This document shows, in pieces, positions 40,603 to 51,525 of a stretch of 64,000 bases of DNA. Source of the stretch: an uncultured Chloroflexia bacterium (GTDB lineage: Bacteria; Chloroflexota; Limnocylindria; Limnocylindrales; CSP1-4); contig CAVRZS010000005.1 of NCBI GenBank assembly GCA_963725745.1, forward strand, positions 1,053,500-1,117,499. The letters run 5' to 3'. The notes under the pieces are model-generated. The model worked only from the letters and a program-made list of their open reading frames with translations, was not told the origin of the DNA and made no database searches. Numbering within the stretch: the first letter of the stretch is position 1; every line of letters begins with the position of its first letter. A program made the position numbers and the translations under genes.

Positions 40603-42353
40603 ATGTCGTTCCGCGCACGGCAGAACTCGAAGGGCTCACGCACGTGGGACGAGCGAGATCGCCGCTCCATGCTGCTCAACGTCGGCTTCGGCATCACGAT
40701 CGTCGCCGCGCTGCTCCTCCTCCTCGTCGCGGTCGCCGTGGGCTATTACAACGACCACCTGTCGGAAGCGGGCAGCGTCAACGGTCAGTCGATCTCGAAG
40801 GATGCGTACCGCAAGCAGCTCGCGATCAACACCTTCCGCACCGACTACCAGAACCGCCAGATCCGGACCCTGCTCACCGCCGGGCACCTGCGGACGGCCG
40901 ACGCCGAGGCGCGCCAGTCCCTCCTCTCGCAGCGCAGCCAGCAGGCCGCCGCGATCTCGCTGGAGCAGCTGGTCGATGGCATCGTCATGGCGCAGCTGGC
41001 CCCCGAGGAGAACGTGACGGTGACGCGACGCGGAGATCGACGCGCGCCTCACCGACGACGCGACCACGCCCGAGCTGCGCCATGGCTGGATGATCGCCGT
41101 CGAGCCCGAGCTCGCCGCGGGGGAGACGGAGGCCACCGACGCGGAGAAGGCCGCCGCCAAGGCCAAGGCCGACCAGGCGCTCGCGGACCTCAAGGCGGGC
41201 CAGGACTGGGAGACCGTCGCCAAGGCCACCTCGACGGACGCGACCAAGGCACAGGGCGGTGACATCGGCTACGTCGATGAGAACGCGACCATCGACCAGG
41301 CCTTCGTCACAGCCCTGATGGCGGCGCCCCAGGACACCCCGACCGGCCGTCGTCGAGGGCGCCGACGGCATCTACCGGATCGGGCGGGTCACGGACATCG
41401 TGGCCCCGGTCGTCGACGCCACCTATCAGGCGCAGCTCCAGGACGCGGGGATCGACATCGCCGACTACCGCGAGGCCATCCGCCGCGACCTGCTGCGCAG
41501 CAAGCTCTCCGACGCCGTCCTGGCCGGCTACCTCGCGGCCAGCCCCCAGCGGGAGGTCGCCGAGATCCACCTCGGCGTGGACATCGACCCGAGCTCGGGC
41601 AGCCCGACGGGCAAGGAGGGGGATCCGAGCGCCGTCAAGATCCGGCACATCCTGTACTCGCCCAACGGCGACGCGGGAGCGGCGGCTTCGCTGGCGCCCG
41701 ACGATGCTGCCTGGAAGGAAGCGGAGGCCAAGGCGAACGCCACCTACGAGAAGCTCAAGGCCGACCCGTCCCTGTTCGCCTCGATCGCGAAGACCGACAG
41801 CGACGACACCGGGTCAGCGAGCCGGGGCGGCAGCTACTGGTTCACGCCCGACGACTCGCTCCTGCCCGAGTTCCACGATGCGATCTTCAAGCCGGGCCTG
41901 ACCCCGGGGCAGCTGCTGCCGCCGGTCAAGACGTCCGCCGGCTGGCACGTGATCCAGATCGAGCATTTCCCGACCGACGTCGAGTGGGCGAACCACCTCA
42001 AGGAATCGATCGAGGCGGGCACCCTCACGTTCGCCGACGCCGCGCGCGACAACTCGGACACCGCCAATTCCGCCACGGGCGGCGACATGGGCTGGGTCGC
42101 CAAGGGCCAGCTGTCGCCGGAGGTTGAACGGGCGATCTTCGCGGCACCGGTCGGCAAGGTCAGCGACCCGCTGGCGGTCGCCGGCGACGGCGTCTACCTG
42201 TTCGAGGTATCCCAGGAGCAGACCCGCGAGCCGGACGCGGACCAGAAGCAGGCGCTCGAGAACAACGCATTCCCGACGTGGTACACGAATCTCAAGAAGG
42301 CGTACACGATCACGCGCGACCCCGCGATCACCGCATCCGGCACGTCGGGCTGA
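40603..42353 (+). CDS. SurA/PrsA-like membrane-anchored parvulin peptidyl-prolyl isomerase (frameshifts near 41025 and 41345)
   Basis: TM, SurA_N-like segment (VNGQSIS...LEQLVD), rotamase motifs GGDIGY, RHIL, GWHVIQ, GGDMGW across three frames. Confidence 0.85.
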
Positions 42354-42375
42354 CGGCCCCGAGGGCGGCCGGACC

Positions 42376-43537
42376 ATGCTGGACGCACTCCTCGCCGAGG
42401 CCAGGCTGCGCTGGGGTCTCGATCCCGCCGCACGGCATCGGCGTCGTCGTGGCCGAACGCCTGGTCGCGACCCCCATCGAGCCGTCGCTGCCGCTGCTGA
42501 TCGTGCCGGCCGCGCGACTGCGCGCCGACGCCGCGAGCGCGCTCGTGGAACCGGTCCCGGGGCGGCACGCGCACGGTGGCGATCCCGTCGCCACGCTGCG
42601 TCGCCTGTACCCGGCCGACCACCCGATCGGCCGGTTCGGCCAGCCGGATGGCGCGACGCTCGCGGACCTCGCGCCCGCCGACCTCGCCTCGCCGGTCTAC
42701 CTCGGGCCCGTCGCCCAGGTGGCCGACCTCGCCTCGCCCTGGGGCATGCCCTGGATCTCCGCCCGGCTCCGCGAGCCCGATGGCTGTCCCTGGGATCGGG
42801 AGCAGACCCACGCCTCGCTGCGCAACCACCTGCTCGAGGAGGCGTACGAGGTCTACGACGCGCTCGAGGCGGGCGCCGCCACCCCGGAGCTCGCGGGCGA
42901 GCTGGGCGACCTGCTCCTCCAGGTCGTCCTCCACGCCCAGCTCGCGGCGGAGGCGGGCGTGTTCGACATGACCGATGTCTGGACCGCGCTCGCGTCCAAG
43001 ATCGTGCGCCGGCACCCGCACGTGTTCGGCGATGCGGAGGCACGCACCGCGTCGGACGTGAACCGCCAGTGGGAGCGGATCAAGGCGGGCGAGCGTGCCG
43101 AAGCCGCGTCGGGCGAGGGCGTCGGCGGTCCCGCAAAGAGCGCGCTCGACGGCATCAGCCGCGCATTGCCGGCGCTCGCTGCGAGCCAGGAGATGCAGGA
43201 GCGCGCCGCCAATCTCGGCTACGACTGGCCGTCGATCGACGGGGTCCTGGACAAGGTCCGCGAGGAGGTCGGCGAGCTGGTCGAGGCCGAAGACGCGGCC
43301 CACCGGGCCGAGGAGCTGGGCGACCTGCTGTTCGTGCTCGTCAACGTCGGCCGCAAGACGGACATCGAGGTCGAGGGCGCGCTGCGCGCCGCCAACGAGA
43401 AGTTCCGCCGCCGGTTCCGGCACGTGGAGCTCGCCGCGGCCGCACGCAACGTCGCGCTGCGGGACCTGTCATTCGAGGAGTTGGACGCGCTCTGGGACGC
43501 CGCCAAGGCCGACGAGCGCAGGGAGGCAAGGACATGA
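42376..43537 (+). CDS. mazG: MazG nucleoside triphosphate pyrophosphohydrolase with degenerate YabN-like N-terminus (frameshift near 42430)
   Basis: [39 protein letters not shown]. Confidence 0.93.
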
Positions 43538-44277
43538 GCATCGGCAACAAGCCGCCCGTCGGCCACGTGCGCGCGGACGGGCGTGCGCCCACCGACCTGC
43601 GTCCGATCGAGATCACGCTGGGCGTCCAGAAGTGGGCCGAGGGCTCGTGCATGATCCGGTTCGGCGACACCCAGGTGCTGTGCGCCGCGACCATCGAGGA
43701 TCGCGTCCCGCCGCATCTCCGTGGCAAGGGCACGGGCTGGGTCACGGGAACGTACGAGATGCTGCCCCGCGCGACGGCCGAACGCTCCGAACGGGAGGCG
43801 GCCAAGGGCAAGATCGGCGGCCGGACGCACGAGATCCAGCGGCTCGTCGGACGGTCGCTGCGCGGCGTCGTCGACCTGACGCGTCTCGGCGAGCGGACCG
43901 TCACCGTCGACTGCGACGTGATCGTCGCCGACGGCGGCACCCGCACGGCGTCCATCACGGGTGGCTACGTCGCGCTCGCCGCCGCGCTGATCACCTACGG
44001 GATGGACCGCCATCTCGTCGGCCACGTCGCCGCGGTGTCGGTCGGGATCATCGACGGCGTGCGGATGCTCGACCTCGACTACTCCGAGGACTCGCGGGCG
44101 GACGTCGACTTCAACGTCGTGGGCACGGATGCCGGGGCGTACGTCGAGCTGCAGGGCACGGCCGAGGGCAAGCCGTTCGACCGGGCGGCGCTCGACGAGC
44201 TGCTGGACCTCGCGGGCAGCGGGCTCGGACGCCTGTTCGAGGCGCAGACGGCGGCGTTGGCAACCGTCCGCCGCTAG
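43534..44277 (+). CDS. rph: Ribonuclease PH
   Basis: [49 protein letters not shown]. Confidence 0.97.
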   Translation: MSIGNKPPVGHVRADGRAPTDLRPIEITLGVQKWAEGSCMIRFGDTQVLCAATIEDRVPPHLRGKGTGWVTGTYEMLPRATAERSEREAAKGKIGGRTHEIQRLVGRSLRGVVDLTRLGERTVTVDCDVIVADGGTRTASITGGYVALAAALITYGMDRHLVGHVAAVSVGIIDGVRMLDLDYSEDSRADVDFNVVGTDAGAYVELQGTAEGKPFDRAALDELLDLAGSGLGRLFEAQTAALATVRR

Positions 44278-44510
44278 GCTTGGGATCGTGACCAGCCTCG
44301 TGGCGCCGCCCTTGCCACGCGGAGTGGCACACCGGCACGGATCGTCGCGATGACGCTCCTCACCTGCCCAGGATCGGCGCAGATCGCCCGAATGACCGCC
44401 GATCGGCCACGTTGCTGCGCCAAAGCGCGAACAACACGTCCCAGTGCCCCTGTGCGAGGCGGCCGTCGCGGCACGAACGCGCCCGTCCACCGAGCACGGC
44501 GAAGCCTGAG

Positions 44511-45152
44511 GTGACGCCAACCAGGCGACGGCTGCTCGTCGCGACGCGCTCACGGCACAAGCTGCGCGAGCTGCGCCAGCTGCTCGAGGTCGGCCCGGAC
44601 ATCGAGCTTGTCTCACCCGACGACGTCGGCATCCCCGACGAACCCGAGGAGACCGGCGAGACGTTCGAGACCAACGCCCGCCTGAAGGCGCGCTTCTATG
44701 CGCGACGCTCGGGCCTGCCGACGCTCGCCGACGACTCCGGCCTCGAGGTCGACGCCCTCCATGGCGGCCCGGGGGTTCGCACTCGGCGCTACGCGGGCCC
44801 GGACGCGACCGACGAGGCGAACAATGCCAAGCTGCTGAGCGAGCTCGGGACCCTGCCGCCCGGCCGCCGTGGCGCCCGCTACGTGTGCGTGCTCGCGCTC
44901 GCGATGCCGTCCGACGCGGGCCCGCGCGGCGGTCTCTCGTCCATCGTCCGACGCGGCACCTGCCGCGGCCGCATCGCGCTCGCGCCCAGGGGCGACGGCG
45001 GGTTCGGCTACGACCCGATCTTCGAGCCCTACCCCGAGCCGCCCGGTGGCCGGACGCTCGGGGAGTGGTCGGCCGAGGCGAAGAACGCGATCTCGCATCG
45101 TTCGCGCGCGGCGCGACGCATGGCGCCGGTCCTGCGCTCCCTCGGGCTGTAA
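44511..45152 (+). CDS. rdgB: Non-canonical purine NTP pyrophosphatase (RdgB/HAM1)
   Basis: ATRSRHKLRE, ADDSGLEVDAL, GFGYDPIF, KNAISHR. Confidence 0.95.
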   Translation: MTPTRRRLLVATRSRHKLRELRQLLEVGPDIELVSPDDVGIPDEPEETGETFETNARLKARFYARRSGLPTLADDSGLEVDALHGGPGVRTRRYAGPDATDEANNAKLLSELGTLPPGRRGARYVCVLALAMPSDAGPRGGLSSIVRRGTCRGRIALAPRGDGGFGYDPIFEPYPEPPGGRTLGEWSAEAKNAISHRSRAARRMAPVLRSLGL

Positions 45153-45202
45153 CCGCCCGATGATGGCAACGGATCGGAGTCACCGTCGGGTCGTCGGCGA
45201 TG

Positions 45203-45225
45203 CACAATCTCGTCCGCGGTGCGTC
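45203..45225 (+). promoter_or_regulatory. Putative ECF promoter CACA-N15-CGTC
   Basis: Same boxes and spacing as motifs upstream of the ECF gene at 59971 and the RCC1 gene. Confidence 0.4.
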
Positions 45226-45253
45226 GCCGCCGGACAACGAGAGGGGAGGATCG

Positions 45254-46040
45254 ATGGCTGATCAGGGTTCCGTTCCGCGCTCCCGACGCGCCCTGCTGGC
45301 CGCCGCCGCCGGCGCAGCCGGTGCTCTCGCAGCGAGCGCGGCCCTGCCCGCGGTCGTCGCGGCGCACGACGCTGATGACGTGCAGCTGGGTACCGACAAC
45401 GCGTCGACGGCCACGACGACGCTCACCGACTCGGGCGCGGACAGCACGGCGCTGGCCGGCCATGCGACCGGGACCGGCTACGGCTATGGCGTCGAAGGGA
45501 CGTCCACGGGCGGCGCAGGGGTGTTCGCGTGGAGCATCTCTCGAGGTCACCGGATGGGATCCGCCGTTCGAGCCCTCGTTCGTCACCAACACCGGCGTGT
45601 TCGGCTTCGCGCCCCAGGGCGACGGCGTGAATACCTACGGCACCGGCGTCTGGGGCGACAGTCCCGACACGGGCGTGTATGGAACCGGTGGCTACGGCGT
45701 CGAGGGATACGGGTATGTCGGCGTGGCCGGGTACGCCACCGGCGGGACCGGCAGCGTCGGGGTCTACGCCTGGACGAACAGCAACGCGGCGCGGGCACTC
45801 CAGGTCGACGGCAAGGTGCACCTCAGCCGGTCAGGCCGCAAGTCGATCGGATCCGGCAAGTCGAGCGTCGCCGTCACGCTCTCGGGCGTCACGACCAGCA
45901 GCATGGTGTTCGCGGTGCTCGCGACGAGCGAGACGGGGCGCTGGGTCCGGGCCGTCGTCGCGGCGTCGGGCAAGTTCACGATCTACCTGAACACGTCGCT
46001 CAAGTCGAGCGCCGTGGTCTCCTGGTTCGTCCTGGACTAG
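45254..46040 (+). CDS. Tat-exported Gly-rich repeat protein (frameshift near 45540)
   Basis: SRRALL twin-arginine signal; repeated GVxG units; GGAGG RBS. Confidence 0.75.
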
Positions 46041-46234
46041 AACGGCGATGAACACCCGACACCCCAGCACCGGATCGGCGAACGCGCCTGGCGCGCAGCA
46101 CCGGGTCAGGCTGAGCGACACGGAGATGGCCACCGGCCACCATCTCCGAATCCTCGGGCGCGGCTCCGCCCCAGGACCTAAGGCATCGCTCGCCGCCCAC
46201 GACGCGCCCGCTGCCGCGAAGCGCGTCCAGGCAC

Positions 46235-46257
46235 GGCCCGGCTCGGCCAGCCGGGCC
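46235..46257. terminator. GC-rich hairpin between convergent genes
   Basis: GGCCCGGCT-cggcc-AGCCGGGCC; a second 9-bp stem at 46121-46148; no U-tract. Confidence 0.45.
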
Positions 46258-46275
46258 TGACTGACCCGCGCCCGA

Positions 46276-47112
46276 TCAGCGGTCGATCGAGCGGAACTTT
46301 CGGACGCTGAGCGGCGCGAACACCGCGATGAAGATCACCACCCAGACGAGCGTCACGAGGATCGGCTCGGTCGTTGCCAGGCTCGTCGAGGTGCTCGGGT
46401 TCGGGTTGCCCCACAGGTCGCGCAAGGAGTTGGTGAGCGTGCTGGTCGGGTTCCACTCGGCGAACGGCTGCAGCCACGTCGGAAGTGACTGGAGCGGCAC
46501 GAACGCGGTGGAGATGAAGGTGATCGGGAACAGGACCGTGAAGATCACCTGCTGGCCCACCTCGACCGTGGGCACGTTGAGACCGAGGAACACGCCCATC
46601 CACACCATCGCGTAGGCGAACAGCAGCAGCAGCCCGAAGCCGGCGATCAGCGACCCGAGCCCGGTGTCCACGCGCCACCCGATGACGAAGCCGGTCGCCA
46701 TGAGCACGCACAGGATGCCGGCGTTGTAGATCACGTCGGCGAACGTCCGGCCGGTCAGCACCGCCGAATGGGCGATCGGCAGCGACCGGAATCGGTCGAC
46801 GATCCCCTTGGCGACGTCGTCGGTCATCCCGATGGCCGTCGTGCCTGCCGCGAACACGATCGTCTGGGCGAAGATCCCGGGCATCAGGAACGACTTGTAC
46901 TCGCCGCCACCGGGGATCACGATCGCGCCGCCGAACACGAACGCGAACAGCAGCACGAACATGATCGACTGCAGGATCGCGAAGATCGCGAGCTCCGGGA
47001 TCCGCGGGATCCGCTTCAGGTTCCGCCAGCCGATGAGCAGGCTGTCGGTCGTGGCGCTGGCGATGCGCTGGCGACGGCCCAGCCCCGGCGAGGTCCGTGC
47101 GACGGCGGTCAT
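46276..47112 (-). CDS. DrrB-type ABC-2 exporter permease
   Basis: FVLLFAFVFGGAI, FLMPGIFAQ, DRFRSLP, FAEWNP. Confidence 0.92.
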   Translation of the reverse strand: MTAVARTSPGLGRRQRIASATTDSLLIGWRNLKRIPRIPELAIFAILQSIMFVLLFAFVFGGAIVIPGGGEYKSFLMPGIFAQTIVFAAGTTAIGMTDDVAKGIVDRFRSLPIAHSAVLTGRTFADVIYNAGILCVLMATGFVIGWRVDTGLGSLIAGFGLLLLFAYAMVWMGVFLGLNVPTVEVGQQVIFTVLFPITFISTAFVPLQSLPTWLQPFAEWNPTSTLTNSLRDLWGNPNPSTSTSLATTEPILVTLVWVVIFIAVFAPLSVRKFRSIDR

Positions 47113-48164
47113 GCCGCCCTCCCGTCGCCCTGCGTCCGTTCCGGCTCCTCGTCCGCGGTGGGTTCAGCGGCGTGCCCGGTCAGGGCGAGGAACACGTCGT
47201 CGAGCGTCGGGCGACGAAGGCCGATGTCATCGATGGCGATCCCCGCGTCGTCGAGGTCGCGCAGGACCTGGACGAGCGCCCTCGCGCCGCCCTCCGCATG
47301 GACGCTGAGCTCGCGGGTGTGCTCGTCCAGGGCGACCTCCCCGCTGCCGCAGGCGGCAAGGATCGCGGTGGCACGCTGGAGGTCATCCCGGCGGTGGACG
47401 ATCACCTCGATCCGCTCGCCGCCGAGCTGGGACTTGAGCTCGTCGGCCGTGCCGCGGGCGATGATCCTGCCGTGGTCGACGACGGCGATCGTGTCGGCCA
47501 GCTCGTCGGCTTCCTCGAGGTACTGGGTCGTCAGCAGCAGGGTCGTCCCCTCGCGGACGAGGTTGCGAATCACGTCCCACATCCCGATCCGGCTGCGGGG
47601 GTCGAGGCCGGTCGTCGGCTCGTCGAGGATCAACAGGCGCGGGCGTCCGATCAGCGCGGCGCCGAGGTCGAGGCGCCGTCGCATGCCGCCCGAATACGTC
47701 TTGACCACCCGGTCGCCGGCCTCCGTGAGCTCGAACTGCTCGAGCAGCTCATTCGCGCGCCTGCGCGCCTCGGGCGACGAGAGGTGGTACAGGCGGCCGA
47801 ACAGCCACAGGTTCTCGCGGCCGGTCAGGTTCTCGTCGACGGCGGCGTACTGACCGGACAGGCCGATGACGCGCCGGATGGCGTCCGACTGCGTCCGGAC
47901 GTCGTAGCCCGCCACGGTCGCCCGGCCCGCATCGGCCCGGAGCAGCGTGGCGAGGATGCGGACGGTGGTCGTCTTGCCGGCGCCGTTCGGACCGAGCAGG
48001 CCGAGGACGGTGCCCTCCTCGACGACGAGATCGACGCCGTCGAGCGCTCGGACCTCGTGCTTCCGGGTGCGGTAGACCTTGACCAGGCCTTCCGCGACGA
48101 TCGCCTGCGAGCGCGGCGACGAGGCGATGACCGTTGGGCCGGCGAGCGTTGTCGAGGTTGCGAT
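47109..48164 (-). CDS. DrrA-type ABC ATPase; apparent ATC start codon
   Basis: Frame is open upstream of the track's 47915 start through GPNGAGKTT; YSGGMRRRLDL, DEPTTGLDP; GGAGG 8 nt before ATC at 48164. Confidence 0.9.
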   Translation of the reverse strand: MATSTTLAGPTVIASSPRSQAIVAEGLVKVYRTRKHEVRALDGVDLVVEEGTVLGLLGPNGAGKTTTVRILATLLRADAGRATVAGYDVRTQSDAIRRVIGLSGQYAAVDENLTGRENLWLFGRLYHLSSPEARRRANELLEQFELTEAGDRVVKTYSGGMRRRLDLGAALIGRPRLLILDEPTTGLDPRSRIGMWDVIRNLVREGTTLLLTTQYLEEADELADTIAVVDHGRIIARGTADELKSQLGGERIEVIVHRRDDLQRATAILAACGSGEVALDEHTRELSVHAEGGARALVQVLRDLDDAGIAIDDIGLRRPTLDDVFLALTGHAAEPTADEEPERTQGDGRAA

Positions 48165-48337
48165 AGCGGGATCCTCCGATCGTTCCGGTCACGCGTGGCA
48201 TTGGCGCTTCGATCGGCGCCGGGCAGCGGGAAGGGGAATCCTGCCAAGGGTTGATCGCATCGGTCAAACGCGATCGGCGATTGGGGTCGGCCGAGCGGGT
48301 TCCGAAACGGACGAGCTGGGCACGCAGGTCCCGTGTC

Positions 48338-48625
48338 TCAGCCGGTCGCTTGGCCGGCAGGCGCCGGGTGCGTCGCCAGGCCTGTCGCGCAACCCGGGTC
48401 GACGCTCGGGGCGACGGGCTTCGGGCGCCGGTCGAGGAGCTCGAACCGCCAGGGATGGGGCTCTTCCTCCTGAACGCCGCGCGGCCAGGGCATGGGCGCC
48501 GCCGCCCCGATCAGCGCGGCCAGGTCGACGGGCTCGTCGCCCGCGATCAGCCGGATGGCGCTGACCATCGCGGCGATCGCGGCGCCGAGGAGGGCGATGT
48601 CGGCGGGAGTGGTGATGGCGAACAT
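48338..48625 (-). CDS. Small membrane-anchored hypothetical protein
   Basis: N-terminal hydrophobic helix, WPRGVQEEEP motif, GGAG upstream; lies downstream of a MerR-type promoter. Confidence 0.6.
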   Translation of the reverse strand: MFAITTPADIALLGAAIAAMVSAIRLIAGDEPVDLAALIGAAAPMPWPRGVQEEEPHPWRFELLDRRPKPVAPSVDPGCATGLATHPAPAGQATG

Positions 48626-48697
48626 GAGCGGGCTCCGGGCTGGCGGCCGGTACGGGTCCAGGGTCCGATCCGGCCTCGTCGGGGGTTGTCGCGGGCC

Positions 48698-48728
48698 AGC
48701 CTGCCCCTTGGAGCGAACTCCAAGTCAA
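48698..48728 (-). promoter_or_regulatory. MerR-type promoter/operator (leftward)
   Basis: TTGACT-19 nt-CAGGCT with CTTGGAG-ttcg-CTCCAAG dyad. Confidence 0.8.
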
Positions 48729-48778
48729 GCCCTGATGTTCGCGACGGCCGGTGCGACCGGGAACATCGCGGCGACCCC

Positions 48779-48809
48779 TTGACTTGGAGTGGACTCCAAG
48801 TTGTAGGTT
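48779..48809 (+). promoter_or_regulatory. MerR-type promoter/operator (rightward, autoregulatory, leaderless)
   Basis: TTGACT-19 nt-TAGGTT with perfect ACTTGGAGT-gg-ACTCCAAGT dyad; ATG 6 nt after the -10. Confidence 0.88.
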
Positions 48810-48815
48810 CAGGAC

Positions 48816-49256
48816 ATGACGATGACCCGAACCATCCAACGCGCCGCCGCGGAGACCGGCCTGAGCGCCGACACCCTCCGCTACTACGAGCGGATCGGGA
48901 TCCTGCCCGGGATCGGCCGGTCCGACAGCGGACATCGACGGTTCACCGATGACGACATGGGCTGGATCAAGCTCGTCCAGTGCCTGCGTGCAACTGGCAT
49001 GCCCCTCGAGGACCTCCACCGGTACGCGGAGCTGGTCCAGGAGGGCGAGCACACGGCGGCCGAACGGCTCAGCCTGCTCGAGGCGCACAAGGATCGGATC
49101 GAGGCCGAGCTGACCGAGCTGCGGGTTGCGCTCGACCTGGTCGACAGGAAGATCGCCGGCTACACCGAGCTCGTCGCGAAGGGCTTCGACCTGCAGCCGC
49201 CGGACCACCGGCCGACCCCCCGGCGGGTGCATCCCAGGAACGCCAGCCGCAACTAG
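48816..49256 (+). CDS. MerR family regulator, NmlR/AdhR-like
   Basis: [33 protein letters not shown] (single Cys), KIAGY. Confidence 0.92.
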   Translation: MTMTRTIQRAAAETGLSADTLRYYERIGILPGIGRSDSGHRRFTDDDMGWIKLVQCLRATGMPLEDLHRYAELVQEGEHTAAERLSLLEAHKDRIEAELTELRVALDLVDRKIAGYTELVAKGFDLQPPDHRPTPRRVHPRNASRN

Positions 49257-49471
49257 GGCCCAGCCGCCGCGAGGGGCGGTGCTGGACCGGCGAGCCGAAT
49301 CGCCGAGCGAGACCGGCCCAGTTACGGTACAGTGTGTTCAGTCTCGTGCTCGATGGGCGCGCCGGTCAGCGCCCCCGGTCCATCCGACCGTCCGATCCCG
49401 ATCCTCACACCAGCGCCCAGACCGGGCCCCGCAGCGTGCGGGATGGGCCCCGTCAGGAGCGTTTTTCCTTC

Positions 49472-51070
49472 ATGTCATTCGATACCCTCGGGCTTGCGCC
49501 CGAGCTGCTCCGCGCCGTCGCCGACGAAGGCTATACGGAGCCCACCCCGGTCCAGCACGAGGCGATCCCGATCGTCCTCGAGCGACGCGACCTCCTCGCC
49601 GGCGCGCAGACCGGCACCGGCAAGACCGCCGCGTTCGTGCTGCCGATCATCCAGATCCTCCACGAGACCCGCGCGCCGGGCCAACCGCCTCGCAACCTGC
49701 CGTCGCAGCAGGGCCGCCGGTCGGCACCGGTCACGTCCCGGCCGCCGGTCCGCGTCCTTGTCGTGGTTCCGACCCGCGAGCTCGCGATCCAGGTCGAGGA
49801 GAGCGTCCGCACCTACGGCAAGCATCGCCCGATCAAGTCGACCACCGTCTACGGTGGCGTCGGCTTCGAGCCCCAGGCAGCCAAGCTGCGAGCCGGCCCC
49901 GAGATCGTCGTCGCGACGCCGGGCCGGCTGCTCGACCACGTCGGCCAGCGCACCATCGACCTGTCACGGGTCGAGATCCTCGTGCTCGATGAGGCCGACC
50001 GGCTGCTCGACATGGGCTTCATTCGCGACATCCGCAAGATCCTCGAGCTGCTGCCGCCGCGCCGCCAGAACCTGCTGTTCTCGGCGACCTTCTCGGACGA
50101 CGTCCGCTCGTTGGCCACCGGCCTGCTCCACGAGCCTGCCCGTGTTCAGGTCACGCCTCGCAACTCGACCACGGAGCTGATCGACCAGGTCGTGATCCCG
50201 GTCGACCGCGAGCGCAAGCGCGAGCTGCTGAGCTTCCTCATCGGCTCCGGCCGCATCGACCAGGCGCTCGTGTTCACGCGCACCAAGCACGGGGCCAACC
50301 GCCTCGCCGAGCAGCTCGGCAAGGACGGCATCAATGCGGCCGCGATCCACGGCAACAAGAGCCAGGCCCAGCGCGTTCGCGCCCTCGGCGACTTCAAGGC
50401 CGGACGCGTCGCCATCCTCGTCGCCACCGACATCGCCGCCCGCGGCCTCGACATCGAGCTACTGCCCCACGTCGTCAACTACGAGCTGCCGATGGTGGCC
50501 GAGGATTACGTCCACCGCATCGGTCGAACAGGCCGTGCCGGCAAGGACGGCGAAGCCATCTCGCTCGTGTGCGTCGACGAACGGCCGCTGCTGCAGGACA
50601 TCCAGGCCCTCCTGCGACGTCCCATCTCGACCGAGACGATCCCGGGCTTCGAGCCCAATCGCAACGTCCGCCCGGAGCCGATCCGGCTGCGGTCGACGCC
50701 GGCCGAGCGCGCGGAGCAGCAGGCGGTCCGAGGCGGCCGGCCCGCCGGTCGCGGCCACCCATCGTCAGGCGGGTACGGCGCCCCATCCGGACGCGCCGGC
50801 CAGCCCCAGCGCGGCGGACAGCCCCAGCGCGGCGGCCAACCGCAGCGCGGCGGACAGCCGGCCAGGAATGGCGGCGCCCCCAGCCATCGCAACCGTCGTC
50901 GACCGGGCGAGCGACCCGCCGGCGCGCCGACCCCCGGCAGCACGATCGGTCAGGCTCCGGCAGGATCCGGTGCGCATCGTCGCGGCGATCAGCCGCGCGG
51001 GGCGTGGGCGGGCGGTCAGCCCCGAGCGCTGCCCGGCGAGCGACTTCGCCAGGTCGACCAGACTCGCTGA
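49472..51070 (+). CDS. rhlE: DEAD-box RNA helicase, RhlE-like
   Basis: Q motif, [42 protein letters not shown]; TACAGT at 49328 implies a ~130-nt leader. Confidence 0.93.
   Translation: MSFDTLGLAPELLRAVADEGYTEPTPVQHEAIPIVLERRDLLAGAQTGTGKTAAFVLPIIQILHETRAPGQPPRNLPSQQGRRSAPVTSRPPVRVLVVVPTRELAIQVEESVRTYGKHRPIKSTTVYGGVGFEPQAAKLRAGPEIVVATPGRLLDHVGQRTIDLSRVEILVLDEADRLLDMGFIRDIRKILELLPPRRQNLLFSATFSDDVRSLATGLLHEPARVQVTPRNSTTELIDQVVIPVDRERKRELLSFLIGSGRIDQALVFTRTKHGANRLAEQLGKDGINAAAIHGNKSQAQRVRALGDFKAGRVAILVATDIAARGLDIELLPHVVNYELPMVAEDYVHRIGRTGRAGKDGEAISLVCVDERPLLQDIQALLRRPISTETIPGFEPNRNVRPEPIRLRSTPAERAEQQAVRGGRPAGRGHPSSGGYGAPSGRAGQPQRGGQPQRGGQPQRGGQPARNGGAPSHRNRRRPGERPAGAPTPGSTIGQAPAGSGAHRRGDQPRGAWAGGQPRALPGERLRQVDQTR
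50798..50860 (+). repeat. 18-bp in-frame tandem repeat (GQPQRG x3.5) in helicase tail
   Basis: gg(c/a)ca(g/a)cc(c/g)cagcgcggc units. Confidence 0.85.
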
Positions 51071-51116
51071 TCGGCACCGGCCCGCCACGGGCCGGCGTGA
51101 GGGTCAGGCGTCAGGA

Positions 51117-51503
51117 TCAGGCGCCGGGACCGGGGACGGCCGTGATCGTGTCGACCGTCATCGGTTCGCCGCATTGATCACACATGGCCTCGAGAGCGGC
51201 GGGCCGTCCGCAGGTCTCGTGGACGAGCAGCAGGGGCGGCCCGTTCTCGCCCGCCGTCCAGCGATCACCCCACGCCAGCAGCGCGGCGATCACGGGGAAC
51301 AGGTCGCGACCCATCTCGGTCAGCACGTACTCGTCGCGAGGCGGGTGCTCCTCGTACCGGCGCCGCTCCATGACCCCGGCGCTCACGAGCCGGTCGAGCC
51401 GCACCGCGAGCACATTCCGCGCGATGCCCAGGCTGCGCTGGAAGTCCTCGAACCGGGTGCGTCCGTAGAAGGCGTCGCGGAGGATCATCGGCGTCCACCG
51501 CTC
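51117..51503 (-). pseudogene. HxlR-family winged-helix regulator, 5'-truncated
   Basis: ERWTPMILRDAFYG.TRFEDF..SLGIARNVL, EYVLTEMGRDL, HETCG...CDQCG; the usual N-terminal CSIAR..L helix is absent. Confidence 0.7.
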
Positions 51504-51525
51504 CGCTCGCGGCGAACGTGAGCGG

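Noticed and set aside
38741-40639. 632-aa Wzm-Wzt fusion shown in the ORF track
   Set aside because: Removing one C at AAG GTG C(C)TG TGA gives the usual permease end (FAKVL*) with a GTGA overlap; two more compensating indels lie in the permease, so an artefact is more likely
27095-42353. Programmed frameshifting in rmlB, the GH18 gene or the SurA-like gene
   Set aside because: No slippery heptamers or consistent stimulatory structures; indels are spread over unrelated genes
42124-44277. 717-aa ORF apparently fusing a long N-terminus to RNase PH
   Set aside because: Shadow of the mazG frameshift; rph has its own ATG at 43534 overlapping the mazG stop
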